Source: Candidatus Aldehydirespirator sp.
Lineage (GTDB): Bacteria; Actinomycetota; Acidimicrobiia; Acidimicrobiales; Aldehydirespiratoraceae
Reading direction: 5' to 3'
Assembly: GCA_965221605.1 (NCBI GenBank)
Contig: CBDCSK010000016.1
Coordinates: 444,132 to 508,131 of the forward strand
Length of the DNA: 64,000 bases
How positions within the stretch are numbered: the stretch's first letter is position 1; the number at the start of each line of letters is the position of its first letter. Position numbers and translations under genes: made by a program. Under the pieces are notes generated by a model, which was not told the origin of the DNA, did not search any database, and saw only the letters and a list, made by a program, of their open reading frames with translations. Shown here piece after piece: positions 26,488-36,664 of the stretch.

Positions 26488-26580
26488 GAGGCCGAGCGAA
26501 TAGGCAAGCCAACCCGATCCATACGGGCGAGGCCGTGGCCCGAGCGGCCCGTGAGCGCAGCGAACAAGAGCGGGAGACAC
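26488..26580 (-). repeat. interspersed ~95-bp repeat, copy B (inverted relative to A)
   Basis: Its reverse complement equals copy A for 62 nt. The tail ends in ...gcctattcgctcggcctc. Confidence 0.85.
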
Positions 26581-26638
26581 CCCCTTTCACCGCGAGCGAC
26601 TCCCACCTTCCTGCAGACGCTACAAGAGGCCCCACCGG

Positions 26639-26860
26639 TCAGATCCGCCTTACTTCGACGACTGTGCGGCGGAGCCGGCCGGCCCTGCGCCCCAGCAGGT
26701 AAGCGAGACCGACCAGGACGCTGGCAGCCGCGGCCGCTCCGTAGGCGACCTTGACCAGCAGCGGCTGGGTCTCGCGGTCGATACCGGCTTGGAGGTCGCG
26801 CAGCGCCTCCTCCAGCGAGTCGCGGGTTACCCGCTCGGACTCCTCGCTCGCCGGGCTCAT
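26639..26860 (-). CDS. small protein with C-terminal TM helix
   Basis: [63 protein letters not shown] overlap with the upstream gene. Confidence 0.55.
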   Translation of the reverse strand: MSPASEESERVTRDSLEEALRDLQAGIDRETQPLLVKVAYGAAAAASVLVGLAYLLGRRAGRLRRTVVEVRRI

Positions 26861-27156
26861 CGCAGGCCCCGCTTGGCGACCTGGCGCACCAGCAGGGCGA
26901 TCACGCCGCCCAGCGCCGCGACCACGATCAGGTACGGGATCCACGAGAGACTCCCGGCGAAGACGGTCCCGGTCTCGGTCTGCAGGGCCCGCAGCAGCGA
27001 CAGCAGCAGCAGGATCACCCCCACGACCAGCGCGAGGCTCCCGGCCAGGCCCATCGAGAGCCACCGACCGGCGCCCTGGAGCGGTCCGAGCAACTCCTGG
27101 CGGACGTAGGCCTTAACCAGGTCCGCGACTTCTGCTACGCCCTGCCTGCGTGCCAA
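26857..27156 (-). CDS. small 2-TM membrane protein (actinobacterial holin-X-like)
   Basis: TTG start with GGAGGA 7 nt upstream. Two hydrophobic helices. Confidence 0.6.
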   Translation of the reverse strand: MARRQGVAEVADLVKAYVRQELLGPLQGAGRWLSMGLAGSLALVVGVILLLLSLLRALQTETGTVFAGSLSWIPYLIVVAALGGVIALLVRQVAKRGLR

Positions 27157-27190
27157 AGGTAGATCCTCCGCGGTCGGTGGACTCCTGACG

Positions 27191-27838
27191 CTACCCGCCG
27201 CCGAGCTCGATCCGGGCTCTCAACAGCTCGGTCGCGTCGGCCACCACGCGATGGGCCACCGCGAGCCTCTCGGTAGCCGTGGGGGTGCGCAGCACCTCGA
27301 ACCGGTCGAGCGGTCCCAGCGGAGCCAGGGCCGCGGCCCGGTAGGAGGCCAGGGCGAGGTCGCGGCCCAGCTCGACGGGATCCGGCTCCCCAGCCTCGGC
27401 ATGGGCCCGATGACCGATCTGGAGGCGGAAGGCCAGCCTGCGGGCCTCGGTGACGAGTCCGGCAAGCTCGTCGATCAGCTCCGGGTTCCGGGCCGAGGCG
27501 GGCTCGGGCTCGTCGGGCCAATCCTCCGTCTCGGCCCAGGGATGCGGGTCATCAACAAGCCACCGCCGGACCCGGATGCGGCGATCCCCCAGGGCCATCA
27601 CGAGGAGCCGCCCGTCGGCCAAGTGGCGGGCCTCGACCACGCGGGCCATGGTGGCGACATCGCACCGCACGTCCCCGCCGCCGACCTCGCCACCCCGCTC
27701 GATCAGCACGACCCCCATCTGCTGATCGCCCTCGATGACGGTCTCGAGCATGGCCAGGTAGCGGGGCTCGAAGACCTGCAGCGGCAGCGGCGATCCCGGC
27801 AGCAGGACGGACTGGAGAGCGAACATCGGCGTGGCCAT
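27191..27838 (-). CDS. LON N-terminal (substrate-binding) domain protein
   Basis: MFALQSVLLPGSPLPLQVFEPRYLAMLETVIEGDQQMGVVLIERG... is typical of stand-alone Lon-N domain proteins. Confidence 0.85.
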   Translation of the reverse strand: MATPMFALQSVLLPGSPLPLQVFEPRYLAMLETVIEGDQQMGVVLIERGGEVGGGDVRCDVATMARVVEARHLADGRLLVMALGDRRIRVRRWLVDDPHPWAETEDWPDEPEPASARNPELIDELAGLVTEARRLAFRLQIGHRAHAEAGEPDPVELGRDLALASYRAAALAPLGPLDRFEVLRTPTATERLAVAHRVVADATELLRARIELGGG

Positions 27839-27853
27839 GTCGCCTGCCCCCGG

Positions 27854-29449
27854 CTATTCGCTGCCGGCACTCTCAGCGGCCGGAGCAACCACCGGTCGCC
27901 TCGCCGCCGCCGGATGCAGTGCCGCGTCCGCCGAAGACGGACCGTAGGGATGGCCGGACACGGCCCTGATCAGACCCTGCTGCAGGTCGTTGCAGCTGCT
28001 CAGGAACAGCGCCTCGCGGTTGGCGATCAGGGCGAACGTGAGCACGTCGCCGTTGCGGGCCACGGTGACCCCGGCCAGGGCCGAGACATCGTTGAGGGTC
28101 CCGGTCTTGGCCCAGACGGTGCGGGTCAGGGAGTCCTGACCGCCGGCGCCGGCGCCGGCCGCCGCGGCCGGCTCGAGGCCGGCGTCGCAGTCGCGCAGGG
28201 TCCCGCTCTCTCCCACCACGGCCAGGCCCCTGACCAGGGGCGAGTCCGGTCCGGCCCGGATCAGCAGGTCGGCGATCAGGTCGCAGGTCAGCCGATTGTG
28301 AATCGACAGGCCTGAGCCGTCGGCGATGACGATCCCGGCGGTCTGCACACCGAGCAGCCGCTCGAGCACGTCCTGCACGCCTTTGACCGCCTCGGCCCGG
28401 GCCGATCCCGACAGCCGCCGGCCGACCTCCTTGAGGAGCATCTCGGCGGTGGTGTTGTCGGAGTTGCGCAGCATGCGAGCGACGATCTCCGCCATCGGCG
28501 GCGACTCGACGGTGGCCAGCGAGCGAAGCTCCGACAGCGGGGGCGCAGTCCCCTCGAGGGCGCCTGAGGACACGCCGACTCCCCGGGCCTCGATCAATCC
28601 GTCCAGCACCTGAGCCGCATGGAGGGCGGGGTCCGGCGCCCGCACGTTCTGGCCCCGGCTGGCGATGTCGGCCGAGGATGGGAAGTCGACGTAGCCGTCG
28701 TTGAGAAGTAGCGCGGAGAGCGGACCGACCTGGTTCCGGCTGACGTAGGAGGCCTTCCAGACGGGGCCGGCGTCCGGCTCGAGGGACTGGGTGGCGTAGT
28801 TCCGCTCGGCTTCGGGGAACCGGGACTCGTCGGCCACGATTCCTCCCTCGACGGTGACGATGCCCTGGGCTCGCAGTGCCGCGGCCGCTTCGACCGCCAA
28901 CTCGGTGAAGTCGGTGTGGACCGGGGGCTCGTCGAAGCGCCTCACGTAGGCGAGCGTCGACAGGACGGGGTCGCCTCCTCCCACCAGGTAGATGTCGCCC
29001 AGCAGCACGCCGTCGGCGGCGGTGCTCAGCGCGTCGGCGCGTACGAGCACCTCGGTCGTGTAGGTCGCGGCCGGACCTGCGATCTCGAGGATCGCGGCCG
29101 CGGTGACGACCTTCATCAACGAGGCCGGAACCATCAGAGTGTCGGCCCGTTCCATTACGACCGGCTCCGCGCCGCGGTAGACGGCCAGGCACGTCTGCGG
29201 CGGAGCGCTGGGCTGCTCAACGACGCCTGAGAGCCTCTCGAGCAGGCGAGTCCGGGTCACCGGGGCCGAGACCCACCCCGGTGTCCGGCGCACGCTGAGC
29301 ATCGGCGTGGTGACGACCATGTCGGGAGGATCGGTCTCGGTGATCCATCCCGGGTCCGAGGAGGCGTCGGTGCGCCGAGCCTGGACGTAGGAGCCGACCG
29401 CGGTGGTCAGCAGGGCGGCCAGCAGGATCGACACCAGGATCCGACGCAT
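27854..29449 (-). CDS. dacB: D-alanyl-D-alanine carboxypeptidase/endopeptidase (PBP4 family)
   Basis: SxxK (ASLMK), SxN (SDN) and KTG (AKTGT) motifs. Signal/anchor MRRILVSILLAALL from ATG 29449. Confidence 0.9.
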   Translation of the reverse strand: MRRILVSILLAALLTTAVGSYVQARRTDASSDPGWITETDPPDMVVTTPMLSVRRTPGWVSAPVTRTRLLERLSGVVEQPSAPPQTCLAVYRGAEPVVMERADTLMVPASLMKVVTAAAILEIAGPAATYTTEVLVRADALSTAADGVLLGDIYLVGGGDPVLSTLAYVRRFDEPPVHTDFTELAVEAAAALRAQGIVTVEGGIVADESRFPEAERNYATQSLEPDAGPVWKASYVSRNQVGPLSALLLNDGYVDFPSSADIASRGQNVRAPDPALHAAQVLDGLIEARGVGVSSGALEGTAPPLSELRSLATVESPPMAEIVARMLRNSDNTTAEMLLKEVGRRLSGSARAEAVKGVQDVLERLLGVQTAGIVIADGSGLSIHNRLTCDLIADLLIRAGPDSPLVRGLAVVGESGTLRDCDAGLEPAAAAGAGAGGQDSLTRTVWAKTGTLNDVSALAGVTVARNGDVLTFALIANREALFLSSCNDLQQGLIRAVSGHPYGPSSADAALHPAAARRPVVAPAAESAGSE

Positions 29450-29555
29450 CGCCAAGCATGGTACGCCGCCAGCACCAGCGGGCTCGGTCATCCGCGCCGG
29501 TTCGAAGTCCTCCTACACTGCCGCCAGATCCGCTCGTGCCTCCGGGGAGCCGACC

Positions 29556-29942
29556 ATGGACATCGTGGCCGCCCTATTCATCGACGACATCCAGCTCCGC
29601 CAGGTGCCGGGACCGTCCACCCGCATCGACCTGACCGGGGTGCAGTTCTCGGCGGCCGCCCCCACCGAGGTCCCGCTGGTGTGGGCCCCCCACCTGGTGG
29701 TGATCGTGCGCTGCGCGCCCGGCGAGTCGGGCACGGGGGCGCTGGAAGTGGCGTACTTCCGGGGCGACGAGCGCATCGCCCGCAACGTGCAACCCCTGCA
29801 GGTGGAGCCGGGAAAGTTCAACTACCGGCTGGTGCGGGCCGAGCTCGAATTCACCGACTACGGCACGGTCGAGGCCCGGGCCCGCATCGACGCCGGGCCG
29901 ATCATGGTGGTGCCCTACACCCTCCTGCCGCCCCCTTCATGA
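29556..29942 (+). CDS. hypothetical protein (128 aa)
   Basis: ATG 29556 preceded by GGGGAG. High GC3. No motif recognised. Confidence 0.6.
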   Translation: MDIVAALFIDDIQLRQVPGPSTRIDLTGVQFSAAAPTEVPLVWAPHLVVIVRCAPGESGTGALEVAYFRGDERIARNVQPLQVEPGKFNYRLVRAELEFTDYGTVEARARIDAGPIMVVPYTLLPPPS

Positions 29943-30038
29943 GGGGCCGCGCCGGGCCTGCGGCGGGTCGCTCCCCCGGTCCGCGGCATGTTCTAGGGTG
30001 AGCCCGCGGCAGGCATCCAGCGACGGGCGGGAGGGTCT

Positions 30039-32012
30039 GTGACTTCCATCGAGAGGCTCGGCATCAACGTAGTCAAGGCGCTGGCCATGGACGCGCCCCA
30101 CGCGGCCCGCTCGGGCCATCAGGGAACCGCCATGGCCCTGGCCCCACTGGCTCACGTTCTGTGGACCCGGATCATGCGCTACGACGCCCAGCGGCCGGAC
30201 TGGCCCGACCGGGACCGGTTCGTGCTCTCCGCGGGCCACGCCTCGATCCTCCAGTACGCCATGCTCTATCTCACCGGCCACGGGCTGACGCTCGACGACA
30301 TCAAGGACTTCCGCCAGTGGGGATCGGCCACGCCGGGCCATCCTGAGGCCGGGTGCACCCCGGGCGTGGAGGTGACGACCGGTCCGCTGGGCCAGGGCAT
30401 CGCCAATGCGGTGGGCATGGCCATCGCGGAGAGCCAGCTGCGCGCCCGCTTCGGCGCCGACCTGTTCGATCACCGGATCTTCGTCATCGCCTCCGACGGC
30501 GACCTGTCGGAGGGCGTCAGCCACGAGGCGGCCTCCCTGGCGGGCCATCTCGGCCTGGACCGGCTCGTGGTGGTCTACGACGACAACGAGGTCACCATCG
30601 ACGGCGGCACCGACCTGGCGCTGTCCGACGACGCCGCGACCCGCTTCCGATCCTACGGCTGGCACGTCATCGAGCTAGGAGAGGCCGCCGAGGACTTGGA
30701 CGCGCTGGAGTCCGGCCTGCGCGACGCGGCCGCTGTCGAGGACCGGCCGTCGCTGGTGATCCTGCGGTCGGTGATCGCCGCGCCCGCGCCCCAGGCGTCG
30801 GGCACCCCGGCCGCGCACGGCTACGCCATCTTCGACGAGGAGATCGCGGCGACCAAGGCACTGATGGGCCTGCCCGCCGGCGAGTCGTTCCACGTGCCCC
30901 CCGAGGTGGTCGACTACTACCGGGAGGCGGGGATCGCGGGCCAGCAGGAGCGCTTCGACTGGGAGGCGAGGGCGGCTGCCTTCGACGGCGACCGGGACAG
31001 CCTGGAGGCGTGTCTGGCCGCTACCGGCCGTCCCGGCTGGGCCGACGTGCTGCCGTCATGGGAGCCGGGCCAGTCGGTGGCCACCCGGAAGGCCTCCAAC
31101 GTCACCCTTCAGGCCCTGCTGCCGGCGGTTCCGGGGCTCAGCGGGGGCGGCGCCGACCTGACGGGCAATACCGGCACGGCCCTGGCCGGCGCCGGGGTGT
31201 TCTCGGCCCGCGGCCCTGGCGGGCGCCAGATCTACTTCGGCGTGCGCGAGCACGCCATGGGGGCCATCGCCAACGGCATGGCCCTGCACGGCGGAGCCAT
31301 CCCGGTGGTGGGGACCTTCCTGGTGTTCGCCGACTACATGCGGCCCGCGGTGCGACTCGCCGCCATCTCGGAGGCCAAGGTCGTGTTCGTCTGGACCCAC
31401 GACTCGGTCGGTGTGGGTGAGGACGGCCCCACCCACCAGCCCGTGGAGCATCTGGCCTCGCTGCGAGCCATACCGGGCCTGCGTGTGATCAGACCGGCGG
31501 ACGCCACCGAGACGGTGGGCGCCTGGCAGGTGGCGATGGAGTCGGAGGGGCCGACCGCGCTGATCCTGACCCGCCAGGGGGTTCCGGTGCTGGAGGGCAC
31601 CAGAGCCGAGGCCGTCGCGGCGGGCGGGTATGCGATCTCCGAGCCGGACAATCCCAGCCTGACGCTGGTGGGAACAGGCAGCGAGGTGTCGGTGTGCCGT
31701 GATGCCGCAGCCCTCCTGGCCGCCGACGGAGTCTCGGCCCGGGTGGTGTCGCTGCCCTCATGGGAGCTGCTCGCGGCCAGGCCCTACCGCGAGCAGGCCC
31801 AGGTGCTGCGGCCCGACCTGCCGTCGCTGGCAGTGGAGGCGGCCAGCACCATGGGGTGGAGCCGCTGGACCGACGACGCGGTGGGCATCGACCGCTTCGG
31901 TGCCTCGGCACCGGGCGGGGTGGTCATGGAGAAGCTCGGCATCTCTGCCCCCAATGTGGCCGCCAGGGCGCTGGCTCTGCTCGATGGCTCGCTGTCGCGG
32001 GCCGCGCTGTGA
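30039..32012 (+). CDS. tkt: transketolase
   Basis: SGHQGTAMALAPLAHVLW, LSAGHASILQYAMLYLTGH, GEDGPTHQP. Confidence 0.95.
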   Translation: MTSIERLGINVVKALAMDAPHAARSGHQGTAMALAPLAHVLWTRIMRYDAQRPDWPDRDRFVLSAGHASILQYAMLYLTGHGLTLDDIKDFRQWGSATPGHPEAGCTPGVEVTTGPLGQGIANAVGMAIAESQLRARFGADLFDHRIFVIASDGDLSEGVSHEAASLAGHLGLDRLVVVYDDNEVTIDGGTDLALSDDAATRFRSYGWHVIELGEAAEDLDALESGLRDAAAVEDRPSLVILRSVIAAPAPQASGTPAAHGYAIFDEEIAATKALMGLPAGESFHVPPEVVDYYREAGIAGQQERFDWEARAAAFDGDRDSLEACLAATGRPGWADVLPSWEPGQSVATRKASNVTLQALLPAVPGLSGGGADLTGNTGTALAGAGVFSARGPGGRQIYFGVREHAMGAIANGMALHGGAIPVVGTFLVFADYMRPAVRLAAISEAKVVFVWTHDSVGVGEDGPTHQPVEHLASLRAIPGLRVIRPADATETVGAWQVAMESEGPTALILTRQGVPVLEGTRAEAVAAGGYAISEPDNPSLTLVGTGSEVSVCRDAAALLAADGVSARVVSLPSWELLAARPYREQAQVLRPDLPSLAVEAASTMGWSRWTDDAVGIDRFGASAPGGVVMEKLGISAPNVAARALALLDGSLSRAAL

Positions 32013-32034
32013 GACCCACGAGGAGGCCCCCGAA

Positions 32035-33141
32035 GTGACCGAGACCACCAGATTGCACGACCTCTACGCCCGGTGCGGGCAGAGTCCCTGGCTCGACAAC
32101 ATCCGGCGGGGCTGGATCACCGGAGGCGACCTCCACAACTGGGTCCAGCAGGGCGTCCGGGGGCTCACCTCGAACCCGTCGATCTTCCAGAAGGCCATCG
32201 CCTCAGGCGCCGACTACGACGACGAGTTCCGGTCGGCCATAGCCGACGGGCTCGACGTCGAGTCCTCCTACTGGCGCCTGGTCACCTCCGACATCGCCGC
32301 CGCGGCCGAGATCCTGCGTCCCGTCCACGACGCGTCCGGCGGGCTCGACGGGTTCGTGTCGGTGGAGGTCGCCCCCGACCTTGCCCGTGACGCCGCAGCC
32401 ACCGAGGCCGCCGCCCGCAACCTGCACGAGCGGCTGGCCGTTCCCAACCTCTACGTGAAGATTCCCGGAACCGCGGAGGGCCTGGAGCCCATATCCACGA
32501 TGATCTCTGAGGGGCGCAGCATCAACGTCACGTTGATCTTCAGTGTCGACCGCTACCTCGAGGTCGCCGAGGCCTACATCTCGGGCCTCGAGCGGGCCCG
32601 GGGCCACCTGTCGAGGGTGTCCAGCGTGGCCTCGTTCTTCGTGTCCAGGATCGACACCGAGGTGGACCGCCGCCTTGACGCCATCGGCTCCCCCGAGGCT
32701 CTGGACCTCAGGGGCCGGACCGCCATCGCCTGCGCCAAGGTGGCGTACTCGCACTACCGGCGGCTCTACGACGGGCCTCGCTGGGAGGCTCTGGCCGCAC
32801 GAGGCGCCCGACCGCAGAGGCTGCTGTGGGCCAGCACATCGACCAAGAACCCGGCCTACCCGGACACGCTATACGTCGACGGTCTGATCGGCCCCGACAC
32901 GGTGAACACCCTCCCGGACGCCACCCTGGAGGCGTTCGAGGACCACGGCTCGGTCGAGTCCACCCTCACCGCCGGGCTCGACGAGGCCACCGATTCTCTG
33001 GAGAGGCTCGCTGCCGTGGGCGTGGATCTCCCCTCGGTCACGGCCCAACTCGAGGACGAGGGTGTGGCCGCGTTCACCAAGAGCTTCGACGAGTTGCTGG
33101 GCGTGCTCAGCGACAAGGCCACCGAGCTCCAAGCCTCCTAG
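32035..33141 (+). CDS. tal: transaldolase
   Basis: GTG 32035 with GAGGAGG upstream. [25 protein letters not shown]. Confidence 0.95.
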   Translation: MTETTRLHDLYARCGQSPWLDNIRRGWITGGDLHNWVQQGVRGLTSNPSIFQKAIASGADYDDEFRSAIADGLDVESSYWRLVTSDIAAAAEILRPVHDASGGLDGFVSVEVAPDLARDAAATEAAARNLHERLAVPNLYVKIPGTAEGLEPISTMISEGRSINVTLIFSVDRYLEVAEAYISGLERARGHLSRVSSVASFFVSRIDTEVDRRLDAIGSPEALDLRGRTAIACAKVAYSHYRRLYDGPRWEALAARGARPQRLLWASTSTKNPAYPDTLYVDGLIGPDTVNTLPDATLEAFEDHGSVESTLTAGLDEATDSLERLAAVGVDLPSVTAQLEDEGVAAFTKSFDELLGVLSDKATELQAS

Positions 33142-33155
33142 TTAACCTGCCCGCG

Positions 33156-34058
33156 ATGATGGAGCGGGACCGCCTCCAGCAGCTCGAGGATGAGAGCGTC
33201 CACATCATCCGGGAGGTCGCCGCGCAGTTCCGCAAGCCGGTGATGCTGTACTCGATCGGCAAGGACAGCTCGGTGATGCTGCACCTGGCCCGCAAGGCCT
33301 TCCATCCGGGCCCGATCCCGTTCCCGCTGCTGCATGTGGACACCACCTGGAAGTTCCGCGAGATGATCTCCTTCCGGGACCGCACAGCCCGCGAGGTCGG
33401 CGTCGACCTCGTCGTGCACACCAACGCCGAGGGTGTGGCGGCCGGGATCAACCCCTTCGACCACGGATCGGCGCACTACACCGACGTGATGAAGACCCAG
33501 GCCCTCAAGCAGGCTCTCGACGCGGGCCGATACGACGCCGCCTTCGGCGGAGCCCGGCGCGACGAGGAGCCGTCGCGGGCCAAGGAGCGGGTATTCAGCT
33601 TCCGTGACCGGCACCACCGCTGGGATCCCAAGAATCAGCGGCCCGAGCTATGGAACCACTACAACGGCCGGGTCGCCGCGGGTGAGAGCATCCGGGTGTT
33701 CCCGCTGAGCAACTGGACCGAGCTCGACGTGTGGCACTACATCTCGGCCGAGGGAATCGAGGTGGTCCCGCTCTATCTCGCCGCGCCGCGGCCGGTGGTG
33801 GAACGCGACGGGACCCTGCTGATGGTCGACGACGAGCGATTCCGTTTCGAGGCCGGCGAGCAGCCGGAGATGCGCTCGGTGCGGTTCAGGACACTGGGGT
33901 GCTACCCGCTCACCGGGGCGGTCGAGTCCCGGGCGGACACGCTCGAGGGGGTCATCACCGAGATGGAGCGGGCCACCCGATCCGAGCGCGAGGGCCGGGT
34001 GATCGACCACGACCGATCGGGCTCCATGGAGGAGAAGAAGCGGGAGGGCTATTTCTGA
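33156..34058 (+). CDS. cysD: sulfate adenylyltransferase subunit 2
   Basis: [20 protein letters not shown]...[12 protein letters not shown]. Confidence 0.95.
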   Translation: MMERDRLQQLEDESVHIIREVAAQFRKPVMLYSIGKDSSVMLHLARKAFHPGPIPFPLLHVDTTWKFREMISFRDRTAREVGVDLVVHTNAEGVAAGINPFDHGSAHYTDVMKTQALKQALDAGRYDAAFGGARRDEEPSRAKERVFSFRDRHHRWDPKNQRPELWNHYNGRVAAGESIRVFPLSNWTELDVWHYISAEGIEVVPLYLAAPRPVVERDGTLLMVDDERFRFEAGEQPEMRSVRFRTLGCYPLTGAVESRADTLEGVITEMERATRSEREGRVIDHDRSGSMEEKKREGYF

Positions 34059-36004
34059 TGGATCCGGCGGCGGCCACTGGGGGCACCGGCCCGCGGCGGG
34101 ACCTGCTGCGCCTGCTCACCTGCGGCTCGGTGGACGACGGCAAGTCCACGCTCATCGGCCGGCTGCTGCACGACTCGCACCATCTGCACGACGATCGCCT
34201 CGCCGCGGTGTACAAGGAGTCGGCCCTCTCCGGCCATGCCGGCGGGCGCGTCGACCTTGCCCTGCTGGCCGACGGGCTCATGGCCGAGCGCGAGCAGGGC
34301 ATCACCATCGACGTCGCCTACCTCTACTTCTCCACCTCGGAGCGCAGCTTCATCATCGCGGACGCCCCCGGTCACGAGCAGTACACCCGCAACATGGTCA
34401 CCGGCGCCTCCACGGCCGACCTGGCCGTCATCCTCGTGGACGCGGTCCGCGGCGCCACCACCCAGACCCGCCGGCACAGCTCGATCGCGGGCCTGATGGG
34501 GATCTCCGACGCGGTGGTGGCGGTCAACAAGATGGACCTCGTCGGCTACGACGAGAGCCGCTTCCGGTCGATCGCGGCCGAGGTCTCGGCCATGGCCGCG
34601 ACGCTGGGCCTGGCCGAGCCGGTGTGCATCCCGGTGTCGGCCCTGCACGGCGACGGCGTCGTCGCGCCCGGCCCGAACATGGGTTGGTACGACGGCCCGT
34701 GCCTCATGGACCACCTCGAGCATGTGGACGTGGACTCCCGTCCGGCTGCCGGTGCGCCGGGGTTCGCCGGGGGCCGTCTGCGGCTGCCTGTGCAGCTCGT
34801 CATCCGGCCCGATCACCGGTTCCGCGGCTTCGCCGGCACCGTCTGCGAGGGCACGCTGCGGGCGGGCGACAGGGTCCGGGTCGAGCCCTCCGGCCGCACG
34901 ACCGCCATCGCGCGGATCGTAACCTTCGACGGGGACCTCGAGGAGGCTGCAACCGGCCGGTCCGTGGTCGTCACCACCAGCGACGAGGTCGACATCGGTC
35001 GGGGCGACGTGATCGTCGATCCGGCCCACCCGCCCCAGCGGGGGCGCCTGGTGACGGCCACCATCGTGTGGACGGCGGAGGCCGACCTGGTGGTGGGCCG
35101 GGAGTACCTGCTGGCGCAGGGCGGCCAGACTATGAGCTGCCGGGTGTCGGAGGTGATGGGCCGGCTGGACGTGGACGCCCTCGAATCGGTGCCGGCCACT
35201 GCGGTGAGGCTCAACGACCTCGCCACCGTGACGGTCCGCACCGACGGCGAGCTGATCTTCGACCCCTACACCCAGAACCGGACCACGGGCTCGTTCATCC
35301 TCATCGAACGGTCCAGCAACGCCACCGTGGCTGCGGGGATGATCGAGGCCGCCGCGCCGGCCGCGGCCTGGGAGGCCGTGCCGGGGCCGACCCTCGAGCG
35401 CCAGCGCAGCTCCATCAGCGGTGCGGAGCGGGCGGCGCGTCTCGGGCAGCGGCCGGCCACGGTTCTGCTGACCGGGCTCACCGGCGCGGGCAAGTCGACG
35501 ATCGCCTCAGCCTTGGAACGCGAGCTGTTCGAGCGGGGCCGCACCACCGTGCGCCTCGACGGCGAGAACATGCGCCTGGGCGTCAGCCGGGACCTGGGAT
35601 TCTCCAGCCGGGACCGCTCCGAGAACGTGCGCCGCACGGCCGAGCTGGCCCGCCTGGTGAACGACCAGGGCCTGATCGTCGTCGCGGCGCTGGTCGCGCC
35701 CAGCGCAGCCGTCAGGGAGCGAGCCCGCACCCTGATCGGCGCCGACCGGTTCGTGGAGGTGTTCCTCGACCCTCCGCTGGAGGTGTGCCGGGCACGGGAT
35801 CACGCCGGGCTGTACGAGGCAGCCGACCGGGGCGAGATCAGGCAGTTCCCGGGGGTGTCCGCCCCCTACGACAAGCCCGCCGACGCCGACCTGGTGCTGG
35901 ACACGTCCCGCCTCGACGTCGACGCCTGTGTCCGGGCCATCATGGCGTGGCTCGAGGCCGGCGGGTTCATCGATGCCGGCGAGACACCCGGGGCGCAGGC
36001 GTGA
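34058..36004 (+). CDS. cysNC: bifunctional sulfate adenylyltransferase subunit 1 / adenylylsulfate kinase
   Basis: GTPase G1 motif [10 protein letters not shown]-terminal APS-kinase P-loop [14 protein letters not shown] overlap with cysD. Confidence 0.95.
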   Translation: MDPAAATGGTGPRRDLLRLLTCGSVDDGKSTLIGRLLHDSHHLHDDRLAAVYKESALSGHAGGRVDLALLADGLMAEREQGITIDVAYLYFSTSERSFIIADAPGHEQYTRNMVTGASTADLAVILVDAVRGATTQTRRHSSIAGLMGISDAVVAVNKMDLVGYDESRFRSIAAEVSAMAATLGLAEPVCIPVSALHGDGVVAPGPNMGWYDGPCLMDHLEHVDVDSRPAAGAPGFAGGRLRLPVQLVIRPDHRFRGFAGTVCEGTLRAGDRVRVEPSGRTTAIARIVTFDGDLEEAATGRSVVVTTSDEVDIGRGDVIVDPAHPPQRGRLVTATIVWTAEADLVVGREYLLAQGGQTMSCRVSEVMGRLDVDALESVPATAVRLNDLATVTVRTDGELIFDPYTQNRTTGSFILIERSSNATVAAGMIEAAAPAAAWEAVPGPTLERQRSSISGAERAARLGQRPATVLLTGLTGAGKSTIASALERELFERGRTTVRLDGENMRLGVSRDLGFSSRDRSENVRRTAELARLVNDQGLIVVAALVAPSAAVRERARTLIGADRFVEVFLDPPLEVCRARDHAGLYEAADRGEIRQFPGVSAPYDKPADADLVLDTSRLDVDACVRAIMAWLEAGGFIDAGETPGAQA

Positions 36005-36651
36005 GCGGGGAGCCCACACCGGCGGCCGGCGAGGCCGCCGTTGTGTGGAGCGCACCGACGGTGACGGCCCGCGACAGGGCCGGCCTGCTCGGCCACGGCG
36101 CGGTCACCGTCTGGCTCACCGGGCTGCCCGGTTCGGGAAAGTCGACGCTGGCCCACGCCGCTGCGGCGATGCTCGCCGCGGGGGGCGTGCTGGCGTACGT
36201 GCTCGACGGCGACAACCTGCGCTTCGGCCTCAACTCGGACCTGGGCTTCTCGCCCGATGACCGGGCCGAGAACATCCGCCGGGCCGGCGAGGTGGCCGCC
36301 TTGCTGCGCGACGCGGGAGTCGTGGTGCTGGCCTCGTTCATCTCGCCCTACCGCCGCGACCGGGACCGGGCCCGCAGCCTGCATCCCGACGGCGCCTTCG
36401 TGGAGGTGTTCGTGGACGCGCCGCTGGAGGTGTGCGAGCGCCGGGACCCCAAGGGTCTGTACGCCAAGGCCCGGTCGGGGGACATCGCGGAGTTGACCGG
36501 GCTGTCGGCCCCCTACGAGGAGCCCGACGACGCCGAGCTGCGCATCGATACGTCGGCCGACGATGTGCCGACCGCAGCGGCTGCGATCGTGGCCGAGGTG
36601 CTGGCACGGGTTCGCCGATCCGGTGACGGCGGCAGTGGCAGCGTCGGTTAG
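36001..36651 (+). CDS. cysC: adenylylsulfate kinase (second, stand-alone copy)
   Basis: GTGA overlap with the cysNC stop. P-loop [26 protein letters not shown]. Confidence 0.9.
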   Translation: MSGEPTPAAGEAAVVWSAPTVTARDRAGLLGHGAVTVWLTGLPGSGKSTLAHAAAAMLAAGGVLAYVLDGDNLRFGLNSDLGFSPDDRAENIRRAGEVAALLRDAGVVVLASFISPYRRDRDRARSLHPDGAFVEVFVDAPLEVCERRDPKGLYAKARSGDIAELTGLSAPYEEPDDAELRIDTSADDVPTAAAAIVAEVLARVRRSGDGGSGSVG

Positions 36652-36664
36652 CGTGGGGGGCGAC

